This document shows positions 1 through 11,892 of a stretch of 64,000 bases of DNA, in pieces (positions within the stretch are counted from its first letter, which is position 1; the number at the start of each line of letters is the position of its first letter). Location of the stretch: positions 768,001 through 832,000 of the forward strand of contig JAXHNB010000006.1 of the NCBI GenBank assembly GCA_034520945.1. Direction: 5' to 3'. Origin of the DNA: Trueperaceae bacterium (GTDB lineage Bacteria > Deinococcota > Deinococci > Deinococcales > Trueperaceae). Position numbers and translations under genes: made by a program. The notes beneath the pieces were generated by a model. That model made no database searches. It had not been told where the DNA came from and saw only the letters and a list, made by a program, of their open reading frames with translations.

Positions 1-1293
1 GCCGAGACGCGGCCCGTGCCGGCCCCCAGCGCGGCGGTGTCCGCGCCGTCGACCGTTGGGCTGGAGGCGCCCGAGGCCAGCACGGCACGACCGCAGGTGC
101 GGGAGGTGGAGGTGCCCAGCCCCAACGCTGCCGCGGTCTCGGGCCGAACCGTGCAGGTGCCGGCCGTGCGGCGCGAGTCGGGGCCCGTGCGCGATCTGGG
201 GGCCGCCCCCACCGCGGGGGTGCGCGCGCTTCGCGCGCTGCCCGAACCGGCCGTACAGGCCGCGGTGCGCGACGCGCCGGAAGACGGCGCGCCCGGCGCG
301 GCGGCGGACCGCCCCATGCCCGACGCGCCGGCCGGTGGCGATGCCGCCCGTGCCGGCCAACCCGGCAGTGATCCCCAGGCGGCGGCCGACGCGCGTGGGC
401 TGGCGGGATCGCCGGACGGCGAGGCCGGCGCCGGCGGCACGCCGGCCGTCCCGCCGCCGCCGCTGCGAGAGACCCGCCCCAGACCGTTGGCGGTGATGAT
501 CGACAACGCGGCCGGCTACCCGCAGGCGGGCCTTCCGGCTGCCAGTTGGATCGCCGAGATGCCCGTGGAGGGCGGCACGACGCGTTTGATGGCGATGTTC
601 GACGCCGGCGAGCCGGAACGGGTCGGGCCGGTCCGTAGCGCCCGCGACTACTTCGTGGAGGTGGCCGGGCGAAGCGATGCGGTGCTGGTGCACGACGGCG
701 GGTCGCCGGGCGCGCTGGTCGCCCTGAACGAGGGCGTCGCCCCTTCCATCAACTCCTACGAACGGGGCCGGTTGTTCGAGCGCGCCGCCAACGCCTCGGC
801 GCCGTACAACCTCTACTCCTCGGGGGCTGCGCTGCGGGAGGCGGTCGTCGATCTGAACATCGACGCGCAACGGTTGTTGTCGGGGTTCCGCCCCGCTCCG
901 CCGGCGGAGGGCACGCCGTCCGCAACGCGGGTCGACATCGACTGGGGCGGCGCCTACGACAGCGGTTTCAGGTACGTGCCGGCGCAGGACCGCTACCGAT
1001 GGATCCGCAACGGCGAGGACGCCGTCGGCGCGTCCGGCCGGGCGATCCAGGTGGACGCCGTCCTGGTGGCACGGATCGAAACCCGCGTGGTGGATGCCGT
1101 CGGGCGCTTGTACATTCCGGTCAACGGCGGTCCGGCCCAGCTGTACTGGCGCGGCATGGTGCAGGAGGGCAGATGGAGCGTGGACGGGGGCCTGCACTTC
1201 ACCGACCCGAACGGCAACCGGGTCTCGCTGGAGGCGCTGCGCACTTGGGCGTCGTTCGTTCCCCAGGGGCAGTCGGTGACCGTCACGCAGTGA
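1..1293 (+). CDS. DUF3048 (YerB-like) family protein, probably 5'-truncated by the window edge
   Basis: Motifs PLAVMIDN, EMPVEGGTTRLMAMF, GPVRSARDYF and APYNLY are typical of DUF3048. A Pro/Ala-rich linker precedes them and the frame is open to base 1. Confidence 0.8.
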   Translation, partial: AETRPVPAPSAAVSAPSTVGLEAPEASTARPQVREVEVPSPNAAAVSGRTVQVPAVRRESGPVRDLGAAPTAGVRALRALPEPAVQAAVRDAPEDGAPGAAADRPMPDAPAGGDAARAGQPGSDPQAAADARGLAGSPDGEAGAGGTPAVPPPPLRETRPRPLAVMIDNAAGYPQAGLPAASWIAEMPVEGGTTRLMAMFDAGEPERVGPVRSARDYFVEVAGRSDAVLVHDGGSPGALVALNEGVAPSINSYERGRLFERAANASAPYNLYSSGAALREAVVDLNIDAQRLLSGFRPAPPAEGTPSATRVDIDWGGAYDSGFRYVPAQDRYRWIRNGEDAVGASGRAIQVDAVLVARIETRVVDAVGRLYIPVNGGPAQLYWRGMVQEGRWSVDGGLHFTDPNGNRVSLEALRTWASFVPQGQSVTVTQ

Positions 1294-1311
1294 GCGGCGC
1301 GGCGCGCCGCC

Positions 1312-2088
1312 TCAGCGCGCGAGGACCTCGTCGAACACCAAGCCGCGCAATCGGACGCGATACGCGTCCTCGTCGATGCGGACGTCCAGCCAGGCGTACT
1401 CGTCGCCGTACCCGTTGGCGTCCAGCAACAGCGCCTTGCCCTGCGACGCGACGTTGAGCCCGCCTCGTACCGGCGTGTGGCCGTACACGCCCAGCCGATG
1501 CGGCGTCTCGGCCAGGTAATCGTGATCCTCGTAGATCCAACGACGCCGGTTCAGCCGGTAGAAGTCGTTGTCGAACACGTTGTGCTCTTCGCGTGGGCCG
1601 ACGTGGGCGAGGTGAATGCCCTCCACCTCCAGCGACCGGGGCCAACGCCGGATCCAGGCGGCGAGCGCCTCGGGAAGGTGTGAGCCGTAGCCCGGTTTCC
1701 ACTCCAGGTGGCTGATGTCGTCGCTGCGAAGCGGGCCCTGGTGGGGCTCGACGGCGTTGTGGTCGTGGTTGCCCAGCAGCACGTGCGCGATCCCGTCCGG
1801 GACGGGATCCAGGAAGGCGTGAACGCGGTGCAGGAACGCCTCCTGCGCCCGTTCGACCCGCCGCACGTGGCCCGGGTCGTACTCGTCGTAGGTCGTGACA
1901 CCGGCCAACTGAGCGTAGATGGCGCGGCTCTTGGCGTGGACCAAGTCGCCGAGGAGGACCAGGCGAGTCGTTCCGTCGAGAAGCTCCGGCGTGGGGGCGC
2001 CACCTTCATCGCGGAGGCCCGACTCGTCCAGCATGCGCCAGAGCTTGTCCTCTTGGGCGTGAATGTCGCCGATGACGACCAGTCGCAC
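1312..2088 (-). CDS. Metallophosphoesterase (calcineurin-like)
   Basis: GDIHA, LGDLVH, GNHD and GHTP motifs. Start moved to GTG 2088 (VRLVVIGDIH), just after the stop of the upstream LysM gene. Confidence 0.85.
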   Translation of the reverse strand: MRLVVIGDIHAQEDKLWRMLDESGLRDEGGAPTPELLDGTTRLVLLGDLVHAKSRAIYAQLAGVTTYDEYDPGHVRRVERAQEAFLHRVHAFLDPVPDGIAHVLLGNHDHNAVEPHQGPLRSDDISHLEWKPGYGSHLPEALAAWIRRWPRSLEVEGIHLAHVGPREEHNVFDNDFYRLNRRRWIYEDHDYLAETPHRLGVYGHTPVRGGLNVASQGKALLLDANGYGDEYAWLDVRIDEDAYRVRLRGLVFDEVLAR

Positions 2089-2099
2089 GGTGGGCGGTG

Positions 2100-3296
2100 T
2101 CAGCGCGCGGCGGCCTGCGTGGAGGGGAGACGGCCCACTTCGAGCAGCGGGAGTGGATCGATCGGCGACCCATCCACGCGCACCTCGAAGTGGAGGTGCG
2201 ATCCCGTGACGCGCCCCGTGGTGCCGACCCGAGCGATCAGGTCCCCGCCGGCGACCCGTTGACCCTCGTTCACCAGCCGTTGAGAGCTGTGGGCGTAGTA
2301 GTACTCCACCCCTCCCTGCTCGATGATGACCAACTGGCCGAAGCCGCCCATCCACCCCGAGAAGGTGACGACGCCCGGCGTCGCGGAGACGATCGGGTCG
2401 CCCGTGTCACCGTCGATGTCGATGCCGTAATGACTGTGCGTGCCGCCGACGCTCAATTGACGCCAACCGAAGCGCGAGGTGAGGGGTCCCTGAAGCGGCC
2501 ACAGCATCGCCGTCGCCTCAGCGTCACCCGGGGCGGCTGACGCATCAGCCGGATCGGCCGCCGTCTCGGGCGAGCCGGTGGCGCGCTCGTTGACGATGCG
2601 CAGCGACTGGCCGGGTCGCAGCGTGGAGCCCGACAAATCGTTCGCCGCCATCAAGGCGGCGACGGTCGTGTCGTAGCGGCGGGCGATCTCCCACAAGCTA
2701 TCACCGGCGTCGACCGTGATCACCGGCGCGGCGTACCCGCCTTGGTCACCGGTGTCGTCCGCCTGGGCCAAGGCCTGCGTGCCCGGCACCTCCAGCACCT
2801 GTCCAGGTTGGAGGGTCGCGGACGGGGCCAAATCGTTGGCGGTGGCCAGGTCGTCGACCGTGACCTCGTGCGCCTGCGCGATCTCCCACAGGGTGTCGCC
2901 CGGCCCGATCTCCACCGTCGCGACCTGGGGCGCTGCCGCGCCGGGGTGGAGGACCAGCTCCTGCCCCGGACGAATGGTGACGTCCCCCAGGTCGTTCCAG
3001 GCGATCAAATCGTCGACCGACGTTCCCGTCGCCTGCGCGATGTCGTAGAGGGTATCGCCGGCCTGCACGGTCCACCGGCTGGGCGGGCCCGATACGGTCC
3101 CAGGGAGGACGAGCGTGTCGCCGGGCGACAACTGCGTAGAGGCGAGGTCGTTGGCGGCCATGAGCTCGTCGACGGTGGTGCCGTGGCGCGAGGCGATCGC
3201 CCAGAGGCTGTCGCCCGCCTGGACGGTGACCGCATCTGCCATGACCCACGAGGCCGCGCCGAACATGATGAAGAAGAAAAAGCCACGCACGCGCAT
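2100..3296 (-). CDS. LysM-repeat (4x) M23 peptidase, secreted
   Basis: Signal peptide, four GD(S/T)L(W/Y)xIA LysM repeats, and M23 motifs HYGIDI and HLHFEV. ATG 3296 follows a TACACT -10 box. Confidence 0.92.
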   Translation of the reverse strand: MRVRGFFFFIMFGAASWVMADAVTVQAGDSLWAIASRHGTTVDELMAANDLASTQLSPGDTLVLPGTVSGPPSRWTVQAGDTLYDIAQATGTSVDDLIAWNDLGDVTIRPGQELVLHPGAAAPQVATVEIGPGDTLWEIAQAHEVTVDDLATANDLAPSATLQPGQVLEVPGTQALAQADDTGDQGGYAAPVITVDAGDSLWEIARRYDTTVAALMAANDLSGSTLRPGQSLRIVNERATGSPETAADPADASAAPGDAEATAMLWPLQGPLTSRFGWRQLSVGGTHSHYGIDIDGDTGDPIVSATPGVVTFSGWMGGFGQLVIIEQGGVEYYYAHSSQRLVNEGQRVAGGDLIARVGTTGRVTGSHLHFEVRVDGSPIDPLPLLEVGRLPSTQAAAR

Positions 3297-3401
3297 CGCT
3301 CGGTAGTGTAGCAAACGTCACGAGCGGGGGGTGCGAACGATTGCGCGCTGGGCGCGAACCATGCCGCTCAGCCCGCGGGGCGCCCGGTGCGAGGAGCCCA
3401 A

Positions 3402-4184
3402 TCAGCGCAGAAAGCGGGTCCCCTGTCGCCCCGAGAGTGCGTCCCTCAGCCGATCGGGCGCCCGTCCGTCGGCGATGAGCGCCTCGGGCGCGCCCCAGGC
3501 CAATGCGTTCAGTGCGGACTCGACCTTGGGGATCATGCCGCCGGCGATCCGTCCGTCGGCGATGCGCGCGCGGACGTCGTCCTCGCGGAGCTCGCGAACC
3601 AGCGTGGTGGGATCGCTCGGGTCGTCCAGCACGCCGGGCACGTTGGTCAGAAACGCGACCGGCGCCGCCAAGGCCCCCGCGACCGCCCCGGCCACGTCGT
3701 CGGCGTTCACGTTCAGCGGGGCGCCCGCCTCGTCCACCGCCAGGCAGGCCAGCACGGGCACCATGCCGAGCGCCGCCAGGCCCACCAGAAGCTCGGTCCG
3801 CACCGCGGTGATGCGCCCCACCCGTCCCAAGGCCGGATCGGCCACCTCGGCTTCCAAGACCCGGGCGTCGCGCCCCGTCAGCGCGACGGCGTCGCCGATC
3901 TCGCCCGCCAGGTGCTTGCCGAGCACGCTGAGCACGTTCTCGACGATGCCGATCGCATCGTCACCGGTCACGCGCCGGCCGCCTTCGAAGCTCGATTCGA
4001 TCCGTGCCTCGTCCAAGCCCGCCTGGATGTAGGGGCCGCCCCCGTGCACCACCACGCCCGGCCCCTGCTGGGCGGCGAGGGCCGCCAGCGCGGCGGCGAA
4101 CGCCCGGCGCGTGGCCGGGTCGCCCATGGCGTTCCCGCCGTACTTGACGACCCAGGGGACGCGGGCGTTCCCATCGAGGGGCAC
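3402..4184 (-). CDS. argB: Acetylglutamate kinase
   Basis: VVKYGGNAM, VVVHGGGP, NVNADDVA and GGMIPKV motifs. Start placed at GTG 4184, after the upstream gene's stop. Confidence 0.93.
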   Translation of the reverse strand: MPLDGNARVPWVVKYGGNAMGDPATRRAFAAALAALAAQQGPGVVVHGGGPYIQAGLDEARIESSFEGGRRVTGDDAIGIVENVLSVLGKHLAGEIGDAVALTGRDARVLEAEVADPALGRVGRITAVRTELLVGLAALGMVPVLACLAVDEAGAPLNVNADDVAGAVAGALAAPVAFLTNVPGVLDDPSDPTTLVRELREDDVRARIADGRIAGGMIPKVESALNALAWGAPEALIADGRAPDRLRDALSGRQGTRFLR

Positions 4185-4197
4185 GGCCGGTGCGCGC

Positions 4198-5214
4198 CTA
4201 GTCCTGGTCCCGCTCGGCGTCGGGATCCGCGGCGTCGTCGCTGGAGGCGTCCGCGTCGGCGTCGGCTTCGTCCTCGGCCCCGTTTCCGTCGCCGTTCTCG
4301 CCGCCGTCGACGTCGTCGCCATTGGCGTCCGCTTCGGGTTCGGGCGTCATGCCTTCGTCCGCGTCGGCGTCGGCATCCTCCTGACCCGCGCCGGCGTCGG
4401 CATCAGCGTTTTCCTGACCCGCGTCGCCGTTGGCGTCAGCGTTTTCCTGACCCGCGTCGGCGTCCGCGTCGGCGTCAGCGTCCTCCTGGCCCTCGTCGGC
4501 GTCCGCGTCGTCGACGTCGTTGCGCTCGCCAGGCATCTCACCGGCCGGTTCGCCGTCTTCGTCGTCCCCGTCCCCTTGGGGTGCGCCGGCGTCACCGGCA
4601 CCGTCTTCGCCGTCCGCCCCGGCGTCATCGGCGTCATCGGCGTCATCGGGCATGCCCGGCGCCCCGGGGGTCTCGCCCGCGTCGTCCGCGTCGGCCGCGT
4701 CGGCTTCGCCCTCGCCGTCCGGATCGGCCATGTCGGAGGCAGCGCTTTCCTCGTCCTCGTCCAGGCGCTCCAGGATCTCGTCGCGGCGGGCCTCGAGGGT
4801 GGTCAGATCGCGGCTGGCACGGGCGATCTGTTGTTCGAGCAGCGACAGCTGCGTGGCCAGGTCGCCCTCACGCCCCTCGCGCAACGAGGCGACGACCGAC
4901 TCGAGCGAAGCGATCTCGTCCCGAAGCGAGGCGTTCTCGTCCCGGAGCGTCTCGATGGTGGCGCTGCGCTCTTCGGCCGTGGCTTCGAGCTCCTCGAGTT
5001 CGGCCTGAACGCCCTCGAGTTGCTCCTCGGTGGCGGCGCGGGCCTCTTGGGCCTCGTCGCGTTCCGATTCGAGCGTGTCGACGCGCGCTTGCAGTTCGTC
5101 GCGCTGCGACTCCAACGCGTCGACCCGGCCCGGATCGACGCACGCGCTCAACAGGAGCAGGAGGGCGAGAACGGTCGAAACGAATGCGGTCGTGGTGCGA
5201 ACGGTCATGGTCAC
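4198..5214 (-). CDS. Putative lipoprotein with a coiled coil and an acidic low-complexity tail
   Basis: Lipobox LLLSAC, a heptad-rich region, then an Asp/Ala/Gly-rich tail with GQE(D/N)ADA repeats. Confidence 0.75.
   Translation of the reverse strand: MTMTVRTTTAFVSTVLALLLLLSACVDPGRVDALESQRDELQARVDTLESERDEAQEARAATEEQLEGVQAELEELEATAEERSATIETLRDENASLRDEIASLESVVASLREGREGDLATQLSLLEQQIARASRDLTTLEARRDEILERLDEDEESAASDMADPDGEGEADAADADDAGETPGAPGMPDDADDADDAGADGEDGAGDAGAPQGDGDDEDGEPAGEMPGERNDVDDADADEGQEDADADADADAGQENADANGDAGQENADADAGAGQEDADADADEGMTPEPEADANGDDVDGGENGDGNGAEDEADADADASSDDAADPDAERDQD
4330..4510 (-). repeat. Imperfect in-frame tandem repeats encoding GQE(D/N)ADA(D/N)xDA
   Basis: Recurrent cctgacccgcg and gtcggcgtc units at ~4380, ~4413 and ~4446. 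Confidence 0.7.
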
Positions 5215-5320
5215 CTCTTTCGGGCGGAATCGGCGAGCGTCGGGCGTGCTTGCAGGGAGGGGGTGTACGGGTCGCGACCGGCGGCGGTGCCGGTACGAAC
5301 CGCGGGGCGCCGCCCGGCGT

Positions 5321-6391
5321 TCAGGCGCCTTGGGCGACGTCCAAAGCCCGCCATCCCTTCGGGCTTCGGGACAGTACTTCGTGGCCGTCGTCCGTCACGA
5401 CGACGAGATCTTCGACGCGGACGCCCGCGTCGCCGGGGCGGTAGGCGCCAGGTTCGACGGTGATCACCATACCCGGCGCCAGGACGTCCTCGCCGTTGGG
5501 TCCCAGCGAGGGCCCCTCGTGGACGTCGAGGCCGACGCCGTGCCCCAGGCCGTGCACGAACGCGTCGCCCAAGCCGTGCCGGCGTAGCACCTCCCGGGCG
5601 ATCCCGTCGAGTTCCTGGCCGCTGACGCCGGGCCGGACGGCGTCCAGCGCGAGGGCCTGAGCTTCGAGCACGTGGTCGAACAGGGCCTGGTGGGCATCCG
5701 ACACCTCACCCACCCCGAAGGTCCGCGTCATGTCGGCGCAGTAGCCGTCCAGGCGCGCGCCCATGTCGATGGTGATCAGCTCGCCCGCCCGGATGTCCTT
5801 GTGCGATGCCAGGCCGTGCGGCATCGCGCTGCGTGCGCCGCTGGCCACGATCACGTCGAACGCCATGCCGTCGCCGCCTTCGGAGCGGACGAAGCGTTCG
5901 ATCTCCAGGGCGACGTCGACTTCGCGCAGGCCGGGGCGGACCACGGTGAGCACGTGCTGATACGCGCGGTCGGTCAGCGCCGCGGCACGCCGGATGGCGT
6001 CGACCTCCGCGTCGTCCTTGACGAGGCGGAGCTCCGTCACCAGCCCTTCGGTCCGCACCGGTTCTTCGCCGACGCGGCCAGCCAGGCGGGCGGCGGCGGC
6101 CAGCGTCAGATGTTCGGCCTCCACCCCGAGGGGGCCGCTCCGGACCCGCTCGGCCACCACGCCCATCCAGTCACGCTCGATGATCGCGGGCAGGCGGGAT
6201 TCCTGCTCGGCTTGCGCCACGTAGCGTCCGTCGGTGAGCAGCCACACGTCGGTTCGGGTGATCAGTACGCGCGCGTCGGCGGGCGACGTGAAGCCGGAGA
6301 GCCAGCGCACGTTGGCCGGGCCGGTCACCAGCATCGCAGCCAGGGAGCGTTCCTCCATGGCGGCCCGCACGCGCGAGAGTCGATCGGTCAC
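5321..6391 (-). CDS. Xaa-Pro aminopeptidase/dipeptidase (M24)
   Basis: Creatinase-like N-domain; DMGA, DMTRT, HGLGHGVGLDVHE, TVEPG and RVED metal-binding motifs. Confidence 0.93.
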   Translation of the reverse strand: MTDRLSRVRAAMEERSLAAMLVTGPANVRWLSGFTSPADARVLITRTDVWLLTDGRYVAQAEQESRLPAIIERDWMGVVAERVRSGPLGVEAEHLTLAAAARLAGRVGEEPVRTEGLVTELRLVKDDAEVDAIRRAAALTDRAYQHVLTVVRPGLREVDVALEIERFVRSEGGDGMAFDVIVASGARSAMPHGLASHKDIRAGELITIDMGARLDGYCADMTRTFGVGEVSDAHQALFDHVLEAQALALDAVRPGVSGQELDGIAREVLRRHGLGDAFVHGLGHGVGLDVHEGPSLGPNGEDVLAPGMVITVEPGAYRPGDAGVRVEDLVVVTDDGHEVLSRSPKGWRALDVAQGA

Positions 6392-7146
6392 CGTGCGGCC
6401 TCCGCGATCGCGTGCAGGTCGTCGACCTTCAGGCTGGCGCTGCCGATCAAGCCGCCGTCCACGTCCGGTTGACGCAACAGCTCAGCGGCGTTGGACGGCT
6501 TCATGCTTCCGCCGTACAGGATGCGGATGCCGTCCTCGAACCCCGGCAGAAGCCTGCCCAACTCGGCGCGGATGGCGGCCGACATCGATTGCGCGTCCTC
6601 TGCCGTGGCGGTGCGACCGGTGCCGATCGCCCAGACGGGCTCGTACGCGACGACCAGTTCGGTCGCGCCGGTGAGCGTCACGCCGTCCAACGCCGTGCGC
6701 AGCTGGTCCAGGACCACCGTTTCGGCTCGGCCCGCGTCCCGTTCGGCTTCGGCTTCGCCGACGCAGAGGATGGGGATGAGGTCGTGGCGGCGTGCGGCCG
6801 CGAGCTTGTCCCGCACGACCTCGTCGGTCTCACCGTGGTAGGCGCGTCGTTCGGAGTGGCCCACGATCACGAAGTTGGCGCCGGCGTCGCGCAGCATCGC
6901 CCCCGACAGGTCACCCGTGTACGCCCCTTCGTCGAAGGGCGAGAGGTCCTGTCCGCCGATCGCGACGGGGCCGCCCTTCGCGCGGGCGGCCAGGCTGGCG
7001 ATGTGCGTGGCGGGCACGCACAGCAGGAGGTCGGTGCGGTCCGTGACGTCCGGCTCCAGGTGCGACAGGAAGGTGCCGAGCCAGTCGAGCGCCTCGCCCG
7101 GCGTCTTGTACATCTTCCAGTTTCCGGCGATCAAGGGGATGCGCAT
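6388..7146 (-). CDS. tpiA: Triosephosphate isomerase
   Basis: IAGNWKM, GHSERR, AYEPVWAIGTG and YGGS motifs. Confidence 0.98.
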   Translation of the reverse strand: MRIPLIAGNWKMYKTPGEALDWLGTFLSHLEPDVTDRTDLLLCVPATHIASLAARAKGGPVAIGGQDLSPFDEGAYTGDLSGAMLRDAGANFVIVGHSERRAYHGETDEVVRDKLAAARRHDLIPILCVGEAEAERDAGRAETVVLDQLRTALDGVTLTGATELVVAYEPVWAIGTGRTATAEDAQSMSAAIRAELGRLLPGFEDGIRILYGGSMKPSNAAELLRQPDVDGGLIGSASLKVDDLHAIAEAAR

Positions 7147-7219
7147 GAGCAAAGGATACCGCAGGGCCGGGAGGCCGCCGGTCCGCGCAGGCGCGGACTG
7201 GCGGCGAAAGGCGCGGTGC

Positions 7220-9682
<2,463 letters not shown>

Positions 9683-9778
9683 GGTCGGCTCCTTTTCTTG
9701 TTCTTGGCGATTCGGGGCGGGTCGGTGCCCATGCAGGATCCCGAGGACGCGCGTAGTTGAGTCGGGGGGTGCGGTAAA

Positions 9779-9799
9779 TCTGAGTCAGCACGTGTCAAG
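9779..9799. promoter_or_regulatory. HAIR-like (HspR) operator overlapping the probable lon -35 element
   Basis: TCTGAGT-N7-TGTCAAG resembles CTTGAGT-N7-ACTCAAG. It reads TTGACA on the lon strand, and a second TTGAGT half-site lies at 9757-9762. Confidence 0.6.
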
Positions 9800-9964
9800 T
9801 GTACCTGGGCGAGGGGGTGCCATGCAGTGTCCAGAACACGTGCCGCCGTCCCAACGCGGGACGGCCGGCGCCACGGCGGCTGCCGTGCGTACGGCCTTTC
9901 ATGATAGCGCGCTGAGCGGTTCCACTGGGCGACGGCCGCGACGCCCGTGCTACCCTTCCGAGCG

Positions 9965-11803
9965 ATGAACGACGTCCGCGACGCCCTCCACCACGCCTTC
10001 CGCCGGGCCCTCGACCGGATCGGGGCCGAAGCGCCCGAGATCCCGATCCAAGAGGTTCCAGCCGACAAGCCCGGCGACTACGGCACGCCCGTCGCCTTCA
10101 CGCTGGCGCGCAGCCTGCGGCGCAATCCCGCGCAGATTGCCGCCGACCTCGTCGCGGCGTTCGACCCGCCGGCCGGCGTGCTGCGCGCCGAGGCGGTCGG
10201 CCCCTACATCAACGTGTTCCTCGATCCGGCGGTGTTCGTGCGCGACGTGGCGGCGGGCCCGCCGGCGCCGCCTGAGCGCGGGCTCAAGGTGGTGGTCGAG
10301 CACACCAGCGTCAACCCCAACAAGGAGGCGCACGTCGGCCACCTCCGCAACATCGTGCTGGGCGACGCGGTGGCCCGCATCCTGCGCGCCGACGGCTACG
10401 AGGTGGAGGTGCAGAACTACGTCGACGACACCGGCCGTCAGGCGGCGGAGAGCATGTTCGCCGCCGAATGGTTCGACGAGCCGTGGGACGGCCAGGAGAA
10501 GTTGGACCACTGGTACGGACGCCTGTACGTGCGTCTCGGCGAAGCGCGCGAGGCGCATGCCGACGAGATCGAGCCCGGCGTGAGCGAGATGATGGCCCGC
10601 CTCGAGGCCGGCGAGATGCGCGAGCGCGTCGCCGAGGTGGTCCGGGCCCAACTGGAGACGTTCTGGGCGCTGGGGGCTTCGTACGACCTGCTGGTGTGGG
10701 AGTCGGACGTCGTCGCCGCCGGCTTCCTGGCGCGAGGCCTGGAGGTGCTCGAAGCCAGCCCCTACGTGTCGCGGCCGAGGGAGGGCAAGTACGCCGGCGC
10801 GCTCGTGATGGACGTCTCCGAGTTCATTCCCGGGCTGGAGGAGCCCCAGGTGGTGCTGGTCCGTAGCGACGGCAGCGCCATGTACGTCGCGAAGGACATC
10901 GGGTACCAGTTCTGGAAGGCGGGCCTCTTCGAGGGGCTGGACTACGCCCCGTTCGCCGAGCAACCGATCGGCGCGACCCTGTGGACCAGCGCCCCCCAGG
11001 GCGACCCCGCCCCCGGCGGGCGCCGCTTCGCCCATGCCCAGGAGATCGTGAACGTCATCGACGTGCGGCAGAGCCACCCCCAGACGCTGGTCCGTACCGC
11101 CCTGGCGTTGTCGGGAACCGAGGAGGGGCGCGAGGCGTACCGGAACAGCAAGCACCTCGCCTACGAGGTGGTCACCCTCGAGGGCCGCGCCATGAGCGGG
11201 CGCAAGGGGATCACCCTGGCGATCGACGAGGTGATGGTCGAGGCCGCACGGCGCGCGCGTGTCGTCGTGATGGAGAAGAACCCCGAGCTGCCGAACGTGG
11301 ACGAGGTCGCCCGGCAGGTCGGTTTGGGCGCCCTTCGCTTTGCGATGTCGAAGAGCGAGGCACGCCGGGTGATCGACTTTCGCTGGGAGCAGGCCCTGAG
11401 CCTGCAGGGCGACAGCGCCCCCTACGTCCAGTACGCGCACGCGCGCGCCGCCAGCATCCTTCGCACCGCCCGGGCGCAGGGCGTCGCGGACGAAGCGGCC
11501 GATTTCGCGGCCATGGGACCCCTCGAGGTCCGCCTGGCACGCGAGTTGGCGCGCCTGCCCCACGTGCGGGCGCAGGCCGCCCGCGAGCTGGCCCCCCACC
11601 TGGTGGCGCAGTACGCGTTGGACCTGGCCACCGCCTGGAATGGCTACTACAATCACCGCGGTCCTGACGGGCGTCCCGACACCTCCGTCGTGCGGGCCGC
11701 GCCCGGCCTGCGCGGGGCGCGGCTGGCGCTGGTGAGCGCGGTCGCGGCCGGTCTGCGCGAGGTGCTGGACCTCCTCGGCATCGAGGCGCCCGACGCGATG
11801 TGA
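9965..11803 (+). CDS. argS: Arginine--tRNA ligase
   Basis: EHTSVNPNKEAHVGHLRN (HIGH-like), MSGRKG, and a YVQYAHAR anticodon-binding domain. Confidence 0.97.
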   Translation: MNDVRDALHHAFRRALDRIGAEAPEIPIQEVPADKPGDYGTPVAFTLARSLRRNPAQIAADLVAAFDPPAGVLRAEAVGPYINVFLDPAVFVRDVAAGPPAPPERGLKVVVEHTSVNPNKEAHVGHLRNIVLGDAVARILRADGYEVEVQNYVDDTGRQAAESMFAAEWFDEPWDGQEKLDHWYGRLYVRLGEAREAHADEIEPGVSEMMARLEAGEMRERVAEVVRAQLETFWALGASYDLLVWESDVVAAGFLARGLEVLEASPYVSRPREGKYAGALVMDVSEFIPGLEEPQVVLVRSDGSAMYVAKDIGYQFWKAGLFEGLDYAPFAEQPIGATLWTSAPQGDPAPGGRRFAHAQEIVNVIDVRQSHPQTLVRTALALSGTEEGREAYRNSKHLAYEVVTLEGRAMSGRKGITLAIDEVMVEAARRARVVVMEKNPELPNVDEVARQVGLGALRFAMSKSEARRVIDFRWEQALSLQGDSAPYVQYAHARAASILRTARAQGVADEAADFAAMGPLEVRLARELARLPHVRAQAARELAPHLVAQYALDLATAWNGYYNHRGPDGRPDTSVVRAAPGLRGARLALVSAVAAGLREVLDLLGIEAPDAM

Positions 11804-11892
11804 GGCCCCGCTGGAGAACCCCGGCCCAGGCTGCGGATTGCGGCGCTGTGCGGGGGTTCTCCGGCACGCGCGGCGGTGCTAGCCTACGCCGC

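Noticed and set aside
5289..5302. 14-mer GCCGGTACGAACCG also present at 21526-21539
   Set aside because: Only two copies; a match of this length is expected by chance in 64 kb of GC-rich DNA.
3387..5444. Long Arg/Pro-rich antisense and alternative-frame ORFs here and throughout (e.g. 15691..18378, 21738..23867, 54393..56795)
   Set aside because: Expected shadows of high-GC3 genes; no motifs, and they overlap well-supported CDSs.
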